Assembly (NCBI GenBank): GCA_013239625.1
Contig: MU055549.1
Location: 682,001-746,000 of the forward strand
DNA length: 64,000 bases
Origin: Lama guanicoe
Lineage: Eukaryota
Reading direction: 5' to 3'
In this document: piece after piece, positions 57,601 through 64,000 of the stretch
How positions within the stretch are numbered: position 1 is the stretch's first letter
Layout of the letters: each line of letters starts with the position of its first letter
The notes under the pieces: generated by a model
Told to the model about the DNA's origin: nothing
Databases searched by the model: none
What the model saw: the letters and a program-made list of their open reading frames with translations, nothing else
Translations under genes and position numbers: made by a program

Positions 57601-58100
57601 TGGGTGGACCAGATCCTCACTCCCCTCAAACGCTGTGAGAGGACGCTGGACACTGGACCGAGGGCTCCACTCACACATGCACACATACAGGCCCATGTGT
57701 GTGTTTTGTTTTTCAATTTCTAACTGAGCCAAAGAGTCATGGACCAGAGTAACTGAGCATGTCACCACCTTCACTTCTGCACCGAGTATCTGGCCAGCAA
57801 ACAGCTGGCGGCTGTGGCTGCTGGTCCCCACGACCCCCTTGGGACACGCCCGGGGACTGCAGGGCGAGGGGGCGGCACGCCTGCCCCCGTGCTGGCAGGG
57901 GTGCCGGGTCTCATGTGCCCGAGTCTGAGTGCGAGCGCACTGGGGGCACCCTTCTTTCCCCACCCACTGAACACGCCCGATTTAGTTCAGCCTCGAAGAG
58001 ACCTGCAAAGTGGTCAGCACCTGCCCAGAGGTCCACGGGGCCCTCGTCCAGACCACTGCTGGGAGGGGCTTGTGGGAACTTTCTAGTTAAAATCAAACCA

Positions 58101-58131
<31 letters not shown>

Positions 58132-61100
58132 CTCGCAGCAAGGAGGCAGGGGAGCCAGACACCTGCGGAGGACGGAGCAGAGAGGCTCCGGGCCGGAGAC
58201 GGGCTCACCGCTCCCTGTGGGCTGCTTGAGGCCCCCGCTACCACTTGTCCGGGGTTGAACTCAAGATGACAGCAAATAAACACCTGGTTTGGAATGAGTT
58301 GGAATCTTCCAGCTGCTACAACAGTTTACAGAGCCAGTTTGGGGAGGACTCAGCCCTGTAGGTGTCCGGCTGTCCTGTTCCCGTCCCAGGCCCACACCAG
58401 GCCCTAGCCACACCGACCCCCACATTCTCCGGGCGGCACCGCCCTCAGAGCACCCCAGGGTTTGATAACCTGCCTGTCGTGTAAGTGGAGACCGGAAACG
58501 GGGACCCACCTTCGTTCTGATTCAACAAGTGACAGGAGGCCTCTCCGAGCGCCAGGTTCTGAGCTGGATGCTCCACCAAAGGCCACAACACCACCGGACC
58601 GACCTGGCTTCCAGGACCGTCCAGCCCGGGCAGGCAGAGGTGAGCCCATGGCCACACAAACTGCGCTGCAGCCTGGACTCCTAAGCCCTGATCCGGCCCT
58701 AGGCCCTGAGCCGAGCTGCCCTGCTGTCCAGCCGGCCCTGACAGGCAGTGGGACCCGCCCCCGTGGGAGCGCCCAGGGCTCCACGCCTCGCGGCCACGGA
58801 AACAATGCAGCTGTGGCCGCGGCTGCGGCACAGAACGCCGGCCTGAGAAGTTTCTGATTAAAAATTATATTGCATTTCTGTTGAAATGGTAATCTGTATC
58901 TCTTTGAGATTTTTCACAAATACGATAACCAATCTCACATGTATCTTAAACATTCTTCTTGATTACAAAGTGAAAACCAGCGCAGGGCGTGTATGGACAA
59001 TGATAAAGCGGCCTGATCGTGTGTATCTGTCAGCAGCTGTCCCGGCCGCACAAATTCCTCTGTTACTGCAGAGCCACCGCGCTGATAAAGGAAAAGAGGC
59101 TGGAAAATCAATGCGCCTGAGCTGGAGCAGTTGCTAAACACACAGAAAACATCTCTATCCAACAGGCCGAGTGCTGTGAAAATTCCCGAGCCCTGCCCTG
59201 GGACAGCCGCGGAAAATTTAATCTCNNNNNNNNNNNNNNNNNNNNNNNNNNNNNNNNNNNNNNNNNNNNNNNNNNNNNNNNNNNNNNNNNNNNNNNNNNN
59301 NNNNNNNNNNNNNNNNNNNNNNNNNNNNNNNNNNNNNNNNNNNNNNNNNNNNNNNNNNNNNNNNNNNNNNNNNNNNNNNNNNNNNNNNNNNNNNNNNNNN
59401 NNNNNTTTTCAGAGCCAGCTCGAATTAAATTTCTGTCAGCCGGGAACAAGACCGGCGGTTGATCAAGGAAGCGATGGATTTGGGGCCGTGGCCGGTGCAG
59501 CACATCCATCCTGCGACGGGCAGTTTGCTCCCGGCCTCAGGGGCTCCTCGGGCCGCCTATCCCTCCCCGCCCCCCCCACCCGGGGCGGCGACCCGCCTCC
59601 TGCCTGTGACCCACGCGGGGACGCACGCGCTGAGCAGCAGGACAGGCGCGGCACTGCTGGCCTAGCCCCGTCACGACAGGGGACTCCTGACACCGGTGGG
59701 GGGTCCGCGGGCCTCTCCAAAAACCCACGCCAAACCTCCTCTCTGCGCACCTCCACTGCGCCTCTTCATCTTAGGGTCAGACTCAAAACCTCCTCCAAAT
59801 ATTCAGGCTAATTTTCCTCCACCTCAAAAAGAGACCCAACTTCATACAGAAAGGCTTCTTCTAATGGGGGCGACGCGCTCTCTGCCTCAGCAGGACGCAC
59901 CCCCGCCTCCGCCGCACACCCTGCCGCAGACCCACGCTTCTCCCTTCCCACCAGGCCCCCGGCTCCTCCCGAGACATTCTGGCCCGGCTGCCCCGCACCA
60001 CACTCCCCATGTCCACTCTTCTCCCGGGAGCCTTCGCTTTCCGCTTGCCCAGGTGGCCACTCTGCCCCCAGCTTTGAGGGGCTGTCTTTGTGCTGGGAGC
60101 CCTCAAGGCCCACCCCCGCCTGGCCTTCTCCAAGCTCAGATGGCCACACAGCTGCCCAGGGAGGGGACAGCTCCCCAAGTCTCCTCCACTCGGGCACAGT
60201 GGGCACCCGCATCCCCACACCTGCCCCATGTGCTCCAGGCCCTGCTGATGTCACTGGGACGCTTCCCTCTTCAGGGCAGGCAGCAGCTGGACACGGCCCC
60301 CGCCCCACGGAGCCTCCTGCTCAGCAGAACTGAGGCTGAGCCATCAGCATCTTGAGTGTGGGTGCTGCGGGAACACAGGAGGAGCCCACCTCACCGGGAC
60401 CCAAGGCTGTCAAAGAGCAGAGAGACAATCTGGCCGAGGGGATGAGTGAGTGTCCGCAGGGCAGCAGGTGGGTGGAAGGGGCAGGAGGCTCAGGGCGTCC
60501 GCTGGGACAGCAGCGAGCCGGGTGCACTGAGAGGAGGGTGGGGTGGGGCAGGAGGGGAGGGGAGCTCGGAGCCCCCGTGGGAGAGGAGTCAGGGGCCCAG
60601 GCTTTACCCGATGAGGTGGGAAGTGGCTGAGGGCCAGAAGCCATGACAAGCCCCGGGCTGGCTGGGCTCCAGGCTGGGGTGGACAGAGGGGCAGGGGTGC
60701 AGGAAGGCAGTGAGGGGCTCCTTCAGCAGGTGAGGGCCCGGGGGAGGGAGGGATGGACTTGGGGGTGTGGAGAGAGTCCAGGCTCAGAGGCTGCTGGACA
60801 TGAGGGAGCAAGGGGCTGGGGGTGACCCGGGGGAGGAAAGGAGCGGGATGGGGGTGGCTCTGTGCAGTGCAGCGGACTCAGGGGCACAGGGCTGGGCAGA
60901 GCCTGTGCGGCCTGCTACCTAGGACTGGCCGTGTGCCCTCCTCGGAACCTCCCACTCCCTGGGCACAGCCTGGAGCACCGCGCGTGGCCACAAGTGAGAC
61001 GGAAATTCAAGACCCAGCAGGTGACCGGGCCACCCAGGGTTGCCAGGGCACAAGAGCTGAGCTGAGGCGGAAGGGGACCAGGGGCTGACCTGTGAGGGGT

Positions 61101-61615
61101 GTGTCCAGTGGGGATGCATCAGAGACAGTGTGACAGCTGTGATGTGCACCCCAGGGCAGGGAGGCCGCTGGCCGTGGCCCCGGCCAGCGAACAGGCCACA
61201 CCCAGGAACAGGCTGGCAGAGAAGTGATGGGAGGGTGAGGGTCCAGACCCGGCTCCGGGCTGGGACAGCACCAGGACCTCAGTCCTGGGCCGGCAGAAGT
61301 AGCAGGAGGCAGAGTCAGGCCCCCCGGCCGCACGGGGCACCGGACGGCGCACTCACCGCGGTGCCGTTGTTGTCCCGGAACACCTCCTGGTTCACGTAGT
61401 CGAAGAGCTTCTTCTCCAGCTGGAGTGTCACCTGCCGGGCGAGGTAATCTGTATCTCTTTGAGACTTTTCACAGACACCCCACCCCGGTGCGGCCCTAAC
61501 CACCGCCGTGGGCGCTCACCTTCCGGTCATTGTCTGACTCGCGGAATATCAGCTTCACGACCTCATTGGTGTCAGCGGCCCGGACTGTCTGCATCGTGGC
61601 CTTTGTGCAGAGGGT
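45603..61615 (-). CDS. INPP5A: Type I inositol 1,4,5-trisphosphate 5-phosphatase, 3' part. Exons: 61520-61615, 61357-61431, 54314-54387, 48841-48952, 46403-46471, 45603-45683
   Basis: 507 nt in phase, with 5-phosphatase motifs FPPSYPY, PAWCDRVL and GDHKPV and a C-terminal CAAX box CVVQ*. Confidence 0.96.
46403..46471 (-). CDS. INPP5A: INPP5A exon (SESEEKVVTYDHIGPSVCMGDHK)
   Basis: ttttctcag|TCG...AAG|gtgaca; 69 nt. Confidence 0.96.
48841..48952 (-). CDS. INPP5A: INPP5A exon (YPYSEDSSQGKQYMNTRCPAWCDRVLMSPSAKELILN)
   Basis: ctccccag|C...; 112 nt; the donor AAT|gtcgac is atypical. Confidence 0.9.
54314..54387 (-). CDS. INPP5A: INPP5A exon (LLEFDKELSVFKDRLCELDISFPP)
   Basis: ttttttcctttag|CTC...AG|gtgagg; 74 nt; this frame is absent from the ORF track. 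Confidence 0.95.
56335..56643. repeat. 61-bp VNTR, about 5 copies, in an INPP5A intron
   Basis: Unit tgtgcggcccccaggccgtccacggaggcgtccacttcaggggctgctgcccggctgggtc starts at 56354, 56415, 56476, 56537 and 56598. Confidence 0.95.
58104..58131. repeat. (AC)14 microsatellite
   Basis: Directly visible. Confidence 0.95.
58850..59440. promoter_or_regulatory. Candidate conserved intronic element in INPP5A, interrupted by gap 59226-59405
   Basis: AT-rich island with GATAA, ACAAT, ATCAAT and TAAT motifs. Confidence 0.5.
61357..61431 (-). CDS. INPP5A: INPP5A exon (VTLQLEKKLFDYVNQEVFRDNNGTA)
   Basis: cccggcag|GTG...GCG|gtgagt; 75 nt. Confidence 0.95.
61520..61615 (-). CDS. INPP5A: INPP5A exon (TLCTKATMQTVRAADTNEVVKLIFRESDNDRK)
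   Basis: ccttcccag|ACC...AAG|gtgagc; 96 nt. Confidence 0.95.
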
Positions 61616-64000
61616 CTGGGAAGGACAAGGAAGGAACTCAGTCTGACTAAGACCTTAGGGGTCTCCGCCGGGCAGCCCACAGCCGTGTCACTGTGAAGCA
61701 AATGTTCCCACCCATCTCCCCGACCCCGCCCTTTCCAGGCAGACCCCTACTGCTCCACCTGGGTCTCAGGACTTCAAGGGACATCAAGGGATGTCAAGGG
61801 ACACCGAGGGAGAAGGAGGCTCTGGGAGCACAAATCCGCCCGCACAGAAGTGGGAGCGTGACCAGCAGCGCTGCTGGCCCCCCTGCCCACCAGGCGACCC
61901 GGGAAGGTCTGCGAGGGCTTTGCCGAGAACAGGCTGGTGACTCCTCCGCAGCCCAGGGGGGGAGGGACGGTGATGTTTCAGGCTGCCGGACGGGACCCGA
62001 GGGCAAGTTGAGGGGAACAGAGGCCACGCGCTGGGGGTTGCGGGAGGGCAGCGGGCCGAGGGCCGGGCCACAGAGCACAGAGGGAGGGGCCGCAGGACGG
62101 GCCGGCTGGGCACCACAGGGCTGCGCTGAGGCCACGCCGAGCCACGGAGAGAGAGTAGAGCCCCACCTAGGCCGAGAGACCCCCTCGTTCACGAGACGCG
62201 CTGCGAGGATGTGGGGGAGCGGCCCACACGCTTCTGGTCCCGAGAGGGTAGGCCCGGGGCAGAAAGTGGAGCCTGGGCTGCCGGCCCGGCCGGGCGGGAC
62301 CAGCGGTCACAACTGGATCCGGTTTGGGTGCAAGTCATACATCATGAGAGCTGTGTTCCCAGAAAGGCTTAGAGAATTTTATAAAAGCAAAAGACCAGGG
62401 CAACGGAGCTGATTTTGACTTTTGAAAAAAGTTTCCTCTGCTGAGCCCTCATGAGGCCACACTTCATGGGGAGCCTGGAGACTCAGGGCCCCGCGTCAGC
62501 GGGCAGCGGGACCAGGGCCCCTCCCGGCCGCGTGGCCCAGGGCGGGCAGGGGGCCGCGGTCCCCAACACGCACTGCAGCAGGCATTGACATTCAGAGCAC
62601 AGACAGCTAATCAGGTCAAGACCCTCAAAGTGGCTTTTGGACTCATGTGTCACAAATCAGTCTGGCCGCCTTCAAGTGGCGCGGATTAGAACAAGCAGGG
62701 GACAATCCAGCCCAGAGCGGCCACCCTGCCCAGCCCTCGGCCAGAAGCTGCCGCCATCCAGATGCTAATGCGCTTAAGTGGCTTAAGCGCTGGTGAATGC
62801 GGAGGGCTTGGCAGGCAGACGGCCTCGTAGCCTCCCCAGGACCCGATTCAGGAAATTCTGTCTCTCCCAAAGGCGTCTGCTGGAAACTTCTTAAAAAATT
62901 GCTTTATCTCGACATTTCAGGCGCTCTCCCAAAGGATACACATCTGACCAGCCCGGCCCCACAGAGGGGCCTCCGCGTGCCTCGGGCTCTCCGGGCCCTT
63001 TCTCCCACACCCGCCAGGAGCCACCTCATTTACCGGGTTTTAAAGACTCCCAGGCCGGGCATTCAGGCCTCTCCCCTGGCCTTTCAATCTGCAGCCGTGA
63101 CCACTCATGCAGAAAGCCCCAGGCCAGGCTTTTCTGGCTCACCCACTTACAGAGGCATTTTCTCTTTTGAAAGGAGAAAAAAAATTCCCAAACTGCTGTT
63201 TTTAAAGACCCATATACGATTACTTCATTATTAGCAGCCACGTGAAGGTCGCGGGGCAAGGCGGCCCAGCACGGTCTCCACTGGTACCTGGGGCGCCTGG
63301 TGTTTTGCTTGGAACTTAAGGGAGCGGCCGCTGCCGTGGGAGGACACCTGCTGCGCGGGTACCAAGGCTGCCGGACGGGCGCCCACAGGCCCTGGGCGCC
63401 AGCGTCAGCCCAGAAGGGCGGTTTGACAGCTGCTCCACTTGTACAAAACCACTGGTGGTCGGGGCACCTGTACAGCTGGCCCTGCCCCTCTGGGAGCTGC
63501 CAGCCCTGCTGTGCCCCGACTGCACCAGGTTCAAAATCTTAGTGGAGGCAGAGCCCCTGGGGTCCCACCGGGAACCCGCTGTGTGCAGCCCTCCAGAACC
63601 CTCTGCACCCTGCCAGACAGAGGAGCCCTGCATCCGGCCCTTGGGGGAGGAGCAGACCACCCAGCCCTGACCCCTGCGGACACAGCCCCACAGCCCGAGG
63701 TGAAACCAGCCCCTGGCCAGCCAGGCCGGGAAGGTCCCGAGCCTGCATCTCCTGGGTCTGCAAGCGCTGAGCAACGCCTGACTGGGCGGAGGCGTGGGTG
63801 TCAGAGCTGGGACAAGACGCTTCTTTCCAAAAGTACGTTCGCAAGTTTCGTGTAGTAAGTTCTGATCTGCAGTGGTAAAAGGCCCCTCAGAAGTTTCCTT
63901 GCGACGTTTGTGTCTAAACAGCGGTAAGGGCTGTGGTGCTGCTGCCTGGCCATCCGCTTGAAGAGGCCACAGGTGTTAAAAAAGAGCAACTGGTTCGCAT

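Noticed and set aside
63655-63663. Perfect GLI consensus GACCACCCA
   Set aside because: About one such 9-mer is expected by chance in 64 kb of GC-rich DNA, and it is not inside an AT-rich candidate element.

Overview
This is GC-rich mammalian genomic DNA, not prokaryotic, with six N-gaps. The gene order CFAP46 (+), NKX6-2 (+), INPP5A (-) matches the block at human 10q26.3. Two tRNA-derived SINEs look camelid-type, which is an inference. I assembled by hand 19 3'-terminal coding exons of CFAP46 (164-20706; 2154 nt, in phase throughout, ending ...VLYGLPHQAIV*). NKX6-2 sits in a CpG island, with its ATG and last coding exon lost in gaps. INPP5A shows its last six coding exons plus a 3'-UTR exon and ends in the CAAX box CVVQ*. 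The rest is old, GC-shifted L1 debris, SINEs, mini/microsatellites and AT-rich, TAAT-rich islands typical of conserved enhancers. Almost all ORFs in the supplied track are spurious. Main observations: (1) a 70-nt U12 minor-spliceosome intron in CFAP46 with an in-frame stop; (2) the CFAP46 C-terminus reads as a separase/CHAT-like domain lacking the catalytic His and Cys; (3) a 52-bp, 50/52 inverted repeat brackets two in-frame CFAP46 exons; (4) short near-identical direct repeats 2.5-2.9 kb apart, one at an INPP5A 3' splice site; (5) an aberrant INPP5A donor site. I found no CRISPR array, phage or operon-type system, and I cannot establish novelty without database checks.
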